64,000 nucleotides of DNA from an uncultured bacterium. GTDB lineage: Bacteria; Patescibacteriota; Minisyncoccia; Moranbacterales; GWC2-37-73. The position numbers and the translations under genes are program-made. Position 1 is the stretch's first letter. The number at the start of each line of letters is the position of its first letter. The stretch is taken from contig CAINNK010000037.1 of NCBI GenBank assembly GCA_903851135.1, positions 1,320-65,319 of the forward strand, written 5' to 3'. The notes beneath the pieces are model-generated. The model worked only from the letters and a program-made list of their open reading frames with translations, was not told where the DNA came from and searched no databases. Of the stretch, positions 33,546 to 45,313 are shown one piece after another.

Positions 33546-33670
33546 TTTTTGTTTTTTGCAACTTAGAACTTGCGACCATAAAAATCTGATATTCTAATTA
33601 TACCACTTTATCCAAAATCCCCAAAATTCATTCTAAAAAAGAACCGCACCTTCAAAAAAACATTTTAGGC

Positions 33671-34204
33671 TCAACTCAAAAAATCCAAATATTTAAGAAA
33701 GTCCTCATAAACCTTAATAGCAGCCTGGGCAGTTTCGTGGTCTATTTCAAAATCAGCCTCATGAACAATTCGATTTCGCAGCTTGTGAACTTCAGTCAAA
33801 GTTTCGCGATGTTCATCCAAATGTGCATCTCCGACTTGTTCTAGCTTTTGAGCCATGTTTTCCCCGCCATAGCCGATACTGGCCAGGATCTCCTCCGCAA
33901 CAACATCTGCTTCAATAATTGCAACTTTGTATTGTGAAGTGTTGCCACTTTCCAAACGTTGCAAAATTTCCCCCCAACGTTTTTGCATTTTCTTTTTTGA
34001 AACAATTGGAATATCCGCGCCCTTAGCGCCAACCCTGATGTCCCACGTGACATCTCGAAGAATAAGCAGCAGCACAATGTCCGCCAAAATAACCAGCAAA
34101 TAAATTGCAATTAAAATTTTCAAAAGCAAAAACAACGGTGAGTTGTAAAAACCCATCCAAGCAGAAGCAAAAATATCAGTCAAACCCGTGGCGTCGTATT
34201 CCAT
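33671..34204 (-). CDS. Hypothetical membrane protein (N-terminal TM, HEPN-like helical C-terminus)
   Basis: TM segment, then KVAIIEAD...HKLRNRIVHE (R-x4-H-like). ATG at 34204 (track start 34228). Confidence 0.7.
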   Translation of the reverse strand: MEYDATGLTDIFASAWMGFYNSPLFLLLKILIAIYLLVILADIVLLLILRDVTWDIRVGAKGADIPIVSKKKMQKRWGEILQRLESGNTSQYKVAIIEADVVAEEILASIGYGGENMAQKLEQVGDAHLDEHRETLTEVHKLRNRIVHEADFEIDHETAQAAIKVYEDFLKYLDFLS

Positions 34205-34266
34205 GAATTTTCGCAGGGCGCAAATCAAAGCATGTTTGATAAGTCCTATTTGTTTTATTTTTCTTA

Positions 34267-35724
34267 TTATTTTTCGCTTATTTCAAAAGTATGCGCCGCA
34301 TTAAGAATGCCTTCTTCATCAAACCATTCGCCTATCAGCTGTCCACCTACTGGTAATTTCTTTTCTTCAATCTCACAAAAACCAATTGGAAAAGAGATCG
34401 CCGGCAAACCTGCCAGATTGACCGAAATTGTGAAAATATCCGAAAGATACATTTGCAGTGGATCAGAAGTTTTTTCGCCAAATTTGAAAGCCACTTCCGG
34501 ACAAGTTGGACAGTAAATAAAATCAACTTTTTCGTAAGCTTGCTGAAAATCTTTGCGAATCAGGGCGCGCACCTTTTGGGCCTTCAAATAATAAGCATCA
34601 TAGTAGCCAGCACTTAAAGCATAGGTTCCAAGCATAATGCGACGCTTAACTTCATCGCCAAAACCAATTTTTCGAGTGTCCAAGTAGGTTTCCAAAAGAT
34701 TTTTCGCCGTGCCACTTTCAGTAGCGCCGGAATCATTCAAATCATCAGCGCGCATCCCAAATTTAATCCCATCAAATTTCGCCAAGTTGGAACTAACTTC
34801 GCTGGTCATAATAATATAATAAATCGCCAGCGCATACTGCGTGTGCGGCAAACTAATCGTTTCAATCCTGGCACCAAGGGCTTTGAATTTTTCTACCGAT
34901 TTTTCAAAAATTTCCAAAATTTCCCCTTCCAAATTTTCCACGTATTCTTTCGGCACGCCGATAACTTTGCCAGCAATATCACCAGTCAGATAGTCTTCAA
35001 ATTTTTTGTCGCCGCTTTGAGCACTGGTAGCATCCTTCAAATCCTGTCCGGCAATCACACTTAGCACAATCGCCGCATCTTCCACGGTTTTCGTGAAAGG
35101 GCCAATTTGATCAAGACTAGAAGCCATCGCAATGGCGCCGTATCTGGAAACTCTACCATAGGTTGGCTTGAGTCCCACTACTCCGCAAAAAGAAGCTGGC
35201 TGCCTAATTGAACCACCAGTGTCAGTTCCCAAGGACCACACTGCTTCATCTGCTGCCACCGCCGCCGCGCTGCCACCGGATGAACCACCTGGCACCCGAC
35301 TAGGGTCCACTGGATTTCTAGTAATCTGATAGGCACTGGTTTCAGTTGAGGATCCCATGGCAAATTCATCTTGATTGGCTTTACCCAAAATTACTGCGCC
35401 ATTTTCTTTAAGTTTTTTGATGACAGTCGCATCATAGGGCGCAATATAATTGTCCAAGATTTTTGAACCAGCCGTAGCGCGCACCCCTTCCACACAGATC
35501 ATGTCCTTGATAGCACCTGGTATGCCTTCAAGCAAGCCTATTTCCTCACCTCTGGCAATTTTCTCATCCACAAATTTAGCCTGCTCCAAAGCCAACTTCT
35601 TGGTGAGCGTCAAATAAGCTCCAATTTCTCCGTCTTTTTTTTCAATCGCCTCGAAATAAGTCTGCGCCAGTTGAGTGGCACTCATTTCTTTGCTAATTAA
35701 TTTATTGTGAAGATCTCTAATCAT
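34267..35724 (-). CDS. gatA: Asp/Glu-tRNA amidotransferase subunit A
   Basis: Amidase signature PGGSSGGSAAAVAA, GTDTGGSIRQPA, GLKPTYGRVSRYG, EVKRRIMLGTY. Confidence 0.96.
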   Translation of the reverse strand: MIRDLHNKLISKEMSATQLAQTYFEAIEKKDGEIGAYLTLTKKLALEQAKFVDEKIARGEEIGLLEGIPGAIKDMICVEGVRATAGSKILDNYIAPYDATVIKKLKENGAVILGKANQDEFAMGSSTETSAYQITRNPVDPSRVPGGSSGGSAAAVAADEAVWSLGTDTGGSIRQPASFCGVVGLKPTYGRVSRYGAIAMASSLDQIGPFTKTVEDAAIVLSVIAGQDLKDATSAQSGDKKFEDYLTGDIAGKVIGVPKEYVENLEGEILEIFEKSVEKFKALGARIETISLPHTQYALAIYYIIMTSEVSSNLAKFDGIKFGMRADDLNDSGATESGTAKNLLETYLDTRKIGFGDEVKRRIMLGTYALSAGYYDAYYLKAQKVRALIRKDFQQAYEKVDFIYCPTCPEVAFKFGEKTSDPLQMYLSDIFTISVNLAGLPAISFPIGFCEIEEKKLPVGGQLIGEWFDEEGILNAAHTFEISEK

Positions 35725-35785
35725 AATGAAAAAAAATAAAAAATTTTATCCGTCTTATCAGTCCTCTTTATCCCAGTATCCAAAA

Positions 35786-36073
35786 TCAAAGCACCGACTT
35801 CACTTTGACATATTCGTCTTTCCTTTCTGGCACATTTTTCAAAATTGCCGCTTTCCCCAGGTCTCCGAAATCAACGTTGGCATCTGTGCGAAAAGTATTT
35901 TGCATGCCAGTAATATGCCCAATCGGCTCAACACCCCTCACATCAACTTGGTCTAATTTTTTGAAATAATCCAAAATTTCAGACAAATCATGTTGATATT
36001 TTTCAATATCTTTTTCACTGACTCCAATTCTGGCCAGTGTTGCAATATGTAAAATTTCTTCTTTGGTTAACAT
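35786..36073 (-). CDS. gatC: Asp/Glu-tRNA amidotransferase subunit C
   Basis: 95 aa, HIATLARI...ILDYFKKL...VKVKSVL; directly upstream of gatA. Confidence 0.92.
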   Translation of the reverse strand: MLTKEEILHIATLARIGVSEKDIEKYQHDLSEILDYFKKLDQVDVRGVEPIGHITGMQNTFRTDANVDFGDLGKAAILKNVPERKDEYVKVKSVL

Positions 36074-36089
36074 AATTTCTTAAGCTAAG

Positions 36090-36200
36090 AATTATAAACT
36101 GCGTAAGTGAGCAGAGCATACTTTTTCTTTTTTCACTTAAAATCAGCAGATTTTACTGGGATAAAAAGAAAAAGTATGCGATGCGAGCGAAATATAATTT
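36090..36200. repeat. Intergenic rod-like palindrome with GAGC/GCGA arms
   Basis: GAGCAGAGC-ATACTTTTTCTTTT...AAAAGAAAAAGTAT-GCGATGCGA with an inner TAAAATC/GATTTTA hairpin. Confidence 0.65.
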
Positions 36201-36211
36201 CAAAATTCAAT

Positions 36212-38437
<2,226 letters not shown>

Positions 38438-38559
38438 TCAAAGAGATTTTACCTAAAAATCTTTCTAAATGTCAAAATATTACATTTCTCCTGCGTAATT
38501 AAGTATTTTATCTTTTCTAAATTCTCACCACTGGTTAATTATATCACATAAAAGTTTTC

Positions 38560-38585
38560 AAAAAAAGCATCCCGGGGATGCTTTT
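38560..38585 (-). terminator. Intrinsic terminator after the pilus cluster
   Basis: AAAAAAAGCATCCC-G-GGGATGCTTTT; U-tract on the minus strand. Confidence 0.6.
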
Positions 38586-38619
38586 AGCTTGACTTTTCTT
38601 TACTAACTAAGTTCAACAG

Positions 38620-39228
38620 CTACTTGGAATTTCTCAAGGACACTGCCATCTGGATTTTCAAGGGAGATGATGTTTGACTGTCATTTTTAACCGTAACCGC
38701 AACAGCGACAACTCCATATGTTGCTATAGTGGAAGGTACAACGTTAAAAAAAACTTTCGTCACATTTGGAGGAGTAAGGTCATCTGGTGACGTCATGACA
38801 TCAAAATTGCAATTATCAAGCGCATCGCCGTCGGAAGTGTAAACTTGCAGCTTATTTGAAACCAATGAATATTTTATACATTTCAGCTGAGCATAATCGA
38901 AACAGCCAAGATTATTTTCATCTATTTTTCTCACATCACTAGTTCTAATGGTTTTTGCCATAAGATTCATCGCAAACTGAGTTGCTTCGATATTTTGCTG
39001 CATTTTTTTTGACTCGGCATAATTTTTCAAAAAATTCCCAAATATCCCAGACACCATCACTGAAACCAAGGAAAAAAGAAAAACCGCAATTAAAGTTTCC
39101 ACCAAAGTAAAACCTTTCCTGGTTGAAAAAACCAGCTGCTTGCGCTCAGAGGAAAAGCGACACTTCAGCAATTGCCATTCCTTTTTTATATTATTTATTT
39201 TCTTTTTCATTTGCATAAACCAAGCCAA
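38620..39228 (-). CDS. Minor type IV pilin (PilW-like)
   Basis: Class III signal RKG|FTLVETLIAV; the real start may be a downstream ATG. Confidence 0.8.
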   Translation of the reverse strand: MAWFMQMKKKINNIKKEWQLLKCRFSSERKQLVFSTRKGFTLVETLIAVFLFSLVSVMVSGIFGNFLKNYAESKKMQQNIEATQFAMNLMAKTIRTSDVRKIDENNLGCFDYAQLKCIKYSLVSNKLQVYTSDGDALDNCNFDVMTSPDDLTPPNVTKVFFNVVPSTIATYGVVAVAVTVKNDSQTSSPLKIQMAVSLRNSK

Positions 39229-39266
39229 ACTTATATATCTAAAAAGCCAACAAAACCGCTCTCATC

Positions 39267-39821
39267 TTAAGGAACAACCGTATAGGAGATAACTAAACTA
39301 GCAGTTATGCATTTATTTGAAACATTGCAAATTGCCGGAGGATTCAAGTTATCTGGTCCATCCCACCAAACTTCACTGGTAACTATTCGCTTTCCAGAAA
39401 CACTACCGTCTATATCTATTTTCCTGCAAAATTTAGTAGGAGTTCCTCCACCACTGTGAGAATAATATCCGCTAGTTTCATCCAGGTATAATCTAAAATT
39501 CCCAGCATTTGGAAAGGAGATTTCTCCCGTGGCAGCATCCATATCTATCCTGTGATCATTATAATCTGTTTTATCTGTAAGCATCGAATTGTCATTCAAA
39601 TTTCGCACCAATTCAATGCCTTCTTGAGTAAGTTGAGCTGCAATGATTTGATTTCTAGCCATTGCGGATGTTTTGATATTTGCAGTCATAATTGCAACAA
39701 TACTCACGATTCCAATCGACAGCACCAACAATGAAAACAACACCTCAATCAAAGAAAAGCCTTTCTTGGCAACTGTTTTATTTCCATCCTGATTGTATTT
39801 TTTCTTGTTGAGCATATCCAA
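39267..39821 (-). CDS. Minor type IV pilin (PilV-like)
   Basis: KKG|FSLIEVLFSL...AAQLTQEGIELVRN. Confidence 0.82.
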   Translation of the reverse strand: MDMLNKKKYNQDGNKTVAKKGFSLIEVLFSLLVLSIGIVSIVAIMTANIKTSAMARNQIIAAQLTQEGIELVRNLNDNSMLTDKTDYNDHRIDMDAATGEISFPNAGNFRLYLDETSGYYSHSGGGTPTKFCRKIDIDGSVSGKRIVTSEVWWDGPDNLNPPAICNVSNKCITASLVISYTVVP

Positions 39822-39845
39822 AAAAAATTATTTTAAAAAAATCTA

Positions 39846-40400
39846 TCACGAGCACGCCGTCTTTTGCGCAAAAATGTTTCCCATTTTATTAATGCAAACA
39901 TAATAAACATCAGTCCCTGAAGCAAGCTTAATATAACCGTCAGAACTAACATCTCCGCGAGGAGCTGTGAAATAAAATTGCAAACCAGGTGAAGATTCCA
40001 CAAAAGAAACTGTGCCATTATCTTTTTTTGCGCTTAGATACATTTCAACAGCCGCTGAATCAACTTCATTATTCAAAGCGCAGTCCCTGACAGTATTGGT
40101 GTATTTTTTGTCGCCAATATTGAAATTAAATTCAAATTGACACATCATGACGCCATCAATACTTTTGCCATTGATGGAATCATTTTGCAACGCTCTAAGT
40201 TGAGCCACGACCTGCAGCGCAGCAATTTCAACCTCATTAACCCCCTTGTTCTTGTTCATATTAACTGCCACTACCCCAGTCATCAAAGAAATAATCGCAA
40301 TGACTACCAACAGCTCAATCAAAGAAAAACCGTTTCTCATTTTCGATGAAATTCCTGATTTAAATGAGAATTTTCTTTGCTTGTCTTGATTGTTGAGCAT
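39846..40400 (-). CDS. Minor type IV pilin (FimT/FimU-like)
   Basis: RNG|FSLIELLVVIAII; C-terminal VCINKMG. Confidence 0.8.
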   Translation of the reverse strand: MLNNQDKQRKFSFKSGISSKMRNGFSLIELLVVIAIISLMTGVVAVNMNKNKGVNEVEIAALQVVAQLRALQNDSINGKSIDGVMMCQFEFNFNIGDKKYTNTVRDCALNNEVDSAAVEMYLSAKKDNGTVSFVESSPGLQFYFTAPRGDVSSDGYIKLASGTDVYYVCINKMGNIFAQKTACS

Positions 40401-40408
40401 GAGAAAGA

Positions 40409-41209
40409 CTAACTAAAAAGTAAGAAATAAGATTGCAATTGCGGAAACATCCGCGGAAGCAGCAAGACCAAAAAGACGCCAGCAATCAAAAAAGGCGCAA
40501 ATGGCACCTGGCTTTTGATGGTTTTTTTGCTAGCCACAACCAACAAAACACTGACAAAAGCCCCGATTGAAAATGAAAGCAGCAGCGCCACCAAAATATT
40601 TGACCAACCAACAACGAGCCCGGCTAATAATCCAAGATAAGCGTCGCCATAACCCATCCAGGTTTCTTTGGAGTATGCCGCCAAACCGTAAAAGAAACCT
40701 CCAGCGATTAACCCACCCAAAATTCCTGCAATTGTTTTTAATTCCAAAATTGAATTAGCAGTTTTGAAACCATAATAGTCGGAAAATATGTAATACACTA
40801 AACTCACCCCAATACCGAGCCACAAGATCAACATTGGAATTTCCATGTATTTAAAATCATACACAAAAATAACTATCAAAATAGCAAAAACAACCAAATA
40901 ATACGTCGTCAAGCTCCAAGTCAAAGGATCAAGCATGTCAAAAAAATAATTTCCAATCAAAGCAAAGATTACACCAGTTGCAGCTTCCACGAAAGGATAT
41001 TGCCAAGAAATTTTTTCGCCGCAATCGCGACACCTAGCACTGAGCAGAATAAAACTAAGCACCGGTACATTATCGAACCAACGCACAGTTTTTTTGCAAT
41101 GCGGACAATGGCTGCGCTCCAATAAAGACTCCACCGCATTCAGACGATACACTACTGCGTTCAAAAAACTGCCTATGATTAGTCCGAACAAAAGAAAAAT
41201 GATTATCAT
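40409..41209 (-). CDS. pilD: Prepilin peptidase (A24)
   Basis: GSFLNAVVYR, RSHCPHC, ARCRDC, ISWQYP, MGYGD, VPFAPF. Confidence 0.93.
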   Translation of the reverse strand: MIIIFLLFGLIIGSFLNAVVYRLNAVESLLERSHCPHCKKTVRWFDNVPVLSFILLSARCRDCGEKISWQYPFVEAATGVIFALIGNYFFDMLDPLTWSLTTYYLVVFAILIVIFVYDFKYMEIPMLILWLGIGVSLVYYIFSDYYGFKTANSILELKTIAGILGGLIAGGFFYGLAAYSKETWMGYGDAYLGLLAGLVVGWSNILVALLLSFSIGAFVSVLLVVASKKTIKSQVPFAPFLIAGVFLVLLLPRMFPQLQSYFLLFS

Positions 41210-41334
41210 ATTCTTGTTATTATTTTTTAATCCACCTTATCAGTCTTATTTGTCCTAGCATCGTCCTTAACCTATTTCTTCCTCAAAAATTTCATTTGTT
41301 TGCCAATTTTTTTGGCAAACATGGAAACTTTTGA

Positions 41335-41745
41335 TTACGGACAAACAGCAGCTGCTGCTGGAACCGCGCAAAGATTGTCAGAGAACAAGCCTCCTTGTCC
41401 AACGAAAACGTGACAGTTAGTCGCAGTTGTAGTTGGGAAATCTTTAACATTAGTAGCTTCTTCACAGAAAGTCAAACTTCCAGTCGGCCCGCAACTATCA
41501 GTAAAGGCAGCATCATGAGTCCAAGTTATGTTTGATGTATTAGTCAATGCTGGAGTTCCTGCAGTAGCATCACATTTCATAAGGATACCGCCAGCAGAAC
41601 CCCTTGCTTCCTCCAAAAATGCTGCACGATTGGCCTTTCCCCTAGCAGCAGAAGTGCTAACCAAGATAACTCCCGCCAAAATGCCAATGATTGCAATCAC
41701 AATCAAAAGTTCAATCAGCGTGAAACCTTTTTGTGTTTTTTTCAT
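41335..41745 (-). CDS. Type IV pilin (major pilin candidate)
   Basis: Short leader MKKTQKG|FTLIELLIVIAIIGILA; Cys-rich head. Confidence 0.88.
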   Translation of the reverse strand: MKKTQKGFTLIELLIVIAIIGILAGVILVSTSAARGKANRAAFLEEARGSAGGILMKCDATAGTPALTNTSNITWTHDAAFTDSCGPTGSLTFCEEATNVKDFPTTTATNCHVFVGQGGLFSDNLCAVPAAAAVCP

Positions 41746-41887
41746 ATTTATTATCTTTATTTAAAAATTAACATTTGTAATTACATCGACCTTTCTTATG
41801 TAATTTATATCTAAACTTTCCATTTTTTAGCTTTAATTTCAAAATCTAAAACTTTCCCACCAAATCAACAAACATTTTCTATTTAAA

Positions 41888-42352
41888 TTAGTTGCAATCA
41901 TTTGTCGCATAACTGCAGGTGATAGTTATTTGTCCTGTTTTTGCTGCGGTAAAGGTGTAACTTAAAATCTGAGCATTTGTTGCTGCTCCAGCAGTTACGA
42001 TATATCCGGTTTTGGTGTTTATATCCGGCCATTTCACTGTGTGGCTGGCGTCATTACAAATCGTACTGGCCGTATTATAAGCATTGAGACCAAAACCATC
42101 ATCTTGACACGCAACCAATTCCGGCAACACACTCGACATGGTTGTCATAGCGGAAGCTCTTTTTGATTTTTCAACACTCCCAGCGGAACTCACCATAACA
42201 ACTCCCGCCAAAACACCAATGATCGCAATCACAATCAACAATTCAACCAGTGTAAAACCTTTTTGATTTTGCGCAAAAAGAAAATTGGTTGAATTGTTTT
42301 TTTCAGCCGAAATTAAAACTTTTTTGAAAACGGATTTTTTCTCTTTTTCCAT
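41888..42352 (-). CDS. Type IV pilin with long leader
   Basis: QKG|FTLVELLIVIAIIGVLA; probable ATG at 42352; four Cys in the head. Confidence 0.85.
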   Translation of the reverse strand: MEKEKKSVFKKVLISAEKNNSTNFLFAQNQKGFTLVELLIVIAIIGVLAGVVMVSSAGSVEKSKRASAMTTMSSVLPELVACQDDGFGLNAYNTASTICNDASHTVKWPDINTKTGYIVTAGAATNAQILSYTFTAAKTGQITITCSYATNDCN

Positions 42353-42416
42353 AATATGATTGTAGCACAATAGTTATCGTTTTTAAATACCTTGACAATT
42401 ACTAAATTTGAATTTT

Positions 42417-43625
42417 CTACATCAGTGTTGAAAGATTGTAAATCGGAATCAAAATTGCAAAAACCAAGATTGCCACCCCAAGCCCCAACAAGGAAATCAG
42501 AATCGGCTCCAGCATGGTTGAAAGATTGCGCGTAATGGTGTCAGTCTCCTTACCATAAAATACGGCAATGTGTTTTAGCACCTCACTTATTTTTCCAGAA
42601 TCTTCTCCGATTTTGATCATCTGCGGTACAATCGGCGGAAAATATTGTGAACGCGCAAAAACGCTACTCATCGTTCCACCTTTTTTCACTTCATCAGCCG
42701 CTCGCAAAATAACACTTTCATAAGCTGTGCTGTTCACGACACCGCTAATAATCGTAAGCGCTCTAACTATTGGAATTCCTCCAGCTAGCAACACTGCCAA
42801 ATTCTCCGAAAAACGAGCCAAATAAACGTATTTGAAAATATTTCCAACCACCGGAATTTTCATTTTGATAATATCCCATTCTCTTTTTCCATCCTCACTG
42901 CGGATGTAGTAAACAGTTCCACTGATAATTGCAGCCAAAAAAACCAAAACTATCCACCAATATTGACTCATAAAATCACCAACATTCATCATGACTTTCG
43001 TGTACCACGGAACTTCAGCATTTAAATCTTTGAAAATAGCTGTTAGTTTTGGCAGCACCAAAGTAGAAACCACAAATCCAATTATCGTAGCCGCTGATAA
43101 AACAAACCCTGGATAGAAAAGCGCACCCCTGATTTTTGAAGTGAGATCATAATTTTTTTCCGCATTTTCAGCCAAGAAAGAAAAGGAACGTTCCAAATTT
43201 CCCGAAAGTTCACCAGCTTTAATCATACTGATCGCCAACGGCTCAAAAATATCCGTGTGTTTAGCCATCGATTCGGAAAAAGGCATACCATCCTCCAGGT
43301 CATTAACCATTTCCCAAATGATTGTTCGCAAATAAGTGTTTTCAGTTTGATCAGCTACCGCTCGCATGGAATAAATAATTGCAACCTTAGCTTCAATCAA
43401 AGTTGACATTTGCCTGAAAAAAACCGCCACTTCCCGCAGGCTGATTCCTTCCCAAAGATGTTGGAAATCTTTAATGAACTCAGGAACTTGTCTTTCCTGC
43501 TCAATTGAAATAGGCACCAGGCCTTTACTTTGCAGTATGGCGGCGGCGGCATCTTTTGTGATAGCCTCAATGTGCCCCTCCCTCAAGTCTCCGAGAGCAC
43601 TTTTAGCTTGAAAAGAAAATTTCAT
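42417..43625 (-). CDS. pilC: Type IV pilus platform protein (T2SS F family)
   Basis: FFRQMSTLI, MIKAGELSGNL, ALFYP, MIKIGEDSG, LEPILI. Confidence 0.93.
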   Translation of the reverse strand: MKFSFQAKSALGDLREGHIEAITKDAAAAILQSKGLVPISIEQERQVPEFIKDFQHLWEGISLREVAVFFRQMSTLIEAKVAIIYSMRAVADQTENTYLRTIIWEMVNDLEDGMPFSESMAKHTDIFEPLAISMIKAGELSGNLERSFSFLAENAEKNYDLTSKIRGALFYPGFVLSAATIIGFVVSTLVLPKLTAIFKDLNAEVPWYTKVMMNVGDFMSQYWWIVLVFLAAIISGTVYYIRSEDGKREWDIIKMKIPVVGNIFKYVYLARFSENLAVLLAGGIPIVRALTIISGVVNSTAYESVILRAADEVKKGGTMSSVFARSQYFPPIVPQMIKIGEDSGKISEVLKHIAVFYGKETDTITRNLSTMLEPILISLLGLGVAILVFAILIPIYNLSTLM

Positions 43626-43702
43626 AGTAATAAATTAATTAAATTATTTTTATTTCACTGTTCGAACTTTTTTGAAAAAATATCATTCTTAATAATCAAA
43701 AC

Positions 43703-44785
43703 CTATCCATTCCTTCCAACAAGCATCTGCAGATATTCGCGATTGCTAGAATAGAGCAAGGCATCGTCTACTGTTATCAAACCGCGCTGAACCAAGTCAG
43801 CCAAAGATTTATCCAAAGAAATCATCCCATCACGCAGACTGGTTTCAATGACTGAATCAATCTGATAAGTTTTATTTTCTCTAATCAAATTCTCAACCGC
43901 ATGATTATTAATCATGATTTCTAAGGCCGGAACACGCCCACCACCGACTTTCGGCAACAATCGCTGGGAAACAACACCCAAAAGCACGCTGGCCAGTTGC
44001 GATCTGATTTGATTTTGTTGATGCGCTGGAAAAACGTCAATGATACGATCAATTGTTTGTGAGGTGTCATTTGTATGCAAGGTTGCCAAGATAAGATGTC
44101 CGGTTTCAGCAGCTGTCATCGCAGTGCTAATTGTGTCCAAATCTCGCAGTTCACCAATAAGCACAACATTGGCATCTTCTCGAAAAACACTTCGCAGCCC
44201 ATCCTGAAAAGATTTTGTATCCTTACCTACTTCTCGTTGATTGATGATGCAACGGTCCTGCTCATAAACATATTCTATCGGATCTTCAATTGTCATGATG
44301 TGCTTATCTTGATTATGATTGATAAAATCAATAAGCGCCGAAAGAGTGGTTGACTTACCGTGCCCAACTGGACCAGTAATCAGTAATAATCCTTGAGTCT
44401 TGTGAGTAAATTCATACAGTGCCGGCGGGAGCCCTAATTCTTCCAAAGTTCTGATGCGACCAGAAACCAAACGCATCGCCACACTTACGTTACCTTTTTG
44501 ATAGAAAACATTAGTACGAAATCTGGCCTTTTCTTCAAAGTTATAGGAAAAATCAACTTGACCCTCAGCGATCAATCTTTTTTTGTTTTCTTCCGTCATC
44601 AAACTATCGCTCAGCATCTGCGTATCTTCCACTGACAAAATACTCTCTTGAGTGAGAGGATAAAGCTGTCCATCCAAGCGAATAGTCGGATATCGCCCCA
44701 CAACCAAATGAAGGTCTGAGGCATTTTGTTGAGCAACCAGACGCAAAAGATTTTTTACTCTTTGTTCACCATGCAATGTTGTCAT
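43703..44785 (-). CDS. pilT: Type IV pilus retraction ATPase
   Basis: ASDLHL, RFRTNVF, GPVGHGKSTT, TIEDPIEY, GELRD, AAETGHL, TLHT, RIIDVFP, QIRSQLA. Confidence 0.93.
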   Translation of the reverse strand: MTTLHGEQRVKNLLRLVAQQNASDLHLVVGRYPTIRLDGQLYPLTQESILSVEDTQMLSDSLMTEENKKRLIAEGQVDFSYNFEEKARFRTNVFYQKGNVSVAMRLVSGRIRTLEELGLPPALYEFTHKTQGLLLITGPVGHGKSTTLSALIDFINHNQDKHIMTIEDPIEYVYEQDRCIINQREVGKDTKSFQDGLRSVFREDANVVLIGELRDLDTISTAMTAAETGHLILATLHTNDTSQTIDRIIDVFPAHQQNQIRSQLASVLLGVVSQRLLPKVGGGRVPALEIMINNHAVENLIRENKTYQIDSVIETSLRDGMISLDKSLADLVQRGLITVDDALLYSSNREYLQMLVGRNG

Positions 44786-44905
44786 TTTTTATTTTTATAT
44801 TAATTTGATTTTAATTAGATGAACTAAGCTATCAAACAACACCAAAAAAATCCCCAGAAAAATCACGCAAGCTACCAACATAGTTAACTTTATTGTACTA
44901 AAAAT

Positions 44906-45280
44906 TTACATTTTCAGCAAAGTTCTTACTTTATGTACCACCTCTGAAGGTGTGAAATGAGATTTAATCAAATAATCATTGGCTCCGGTTTCCATCCCTT
45001 CGTCGATTTTTTCTTTTTCAGAAATGTTAGTCAACATGATAATTGGAATTTCCTTCAGTTTTCCATTCTCTTTTATTTTTCTCAAAACTTCCATGCCATC
45101 CATGTATGGCATAATAACGTCTAGCAAAATAATATCAGGAACGAATTGATTCAATCTTTCAAGGGCAACAACCCCATCTTCAGCCATCATGACTTCAAAT
45201 CCTTCTTGTTGAAATTTTATTTGATAAATATCGCGAATAAAAGTGTCATCCTCTATAATTAAGATTTTCTTTTTATCCAT
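44906..45280 (-). CDS. Single-domain response regulator (receiver)
   Basis: ILIIEDD, PDIILLDVIMP, DG, IPIIMLTN, YLIK. Confidence 0.92.
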   Translation of the reverse strand: MDKKKILIIEDDTFIRDIYQIKFQQEGFEVMMAEDGVVALERLNQFVPDIILLDVIMPYMDGMEVLRKIKENGKLKEIPIIMLTNISEKEKIDEGMETGANDYLIKSHFTPSEVVHKVRTLLKM

Positions 45281-45313
45281 AATTGTTGAGCCGTTATGAT
45301 TAAAAAATTAGAC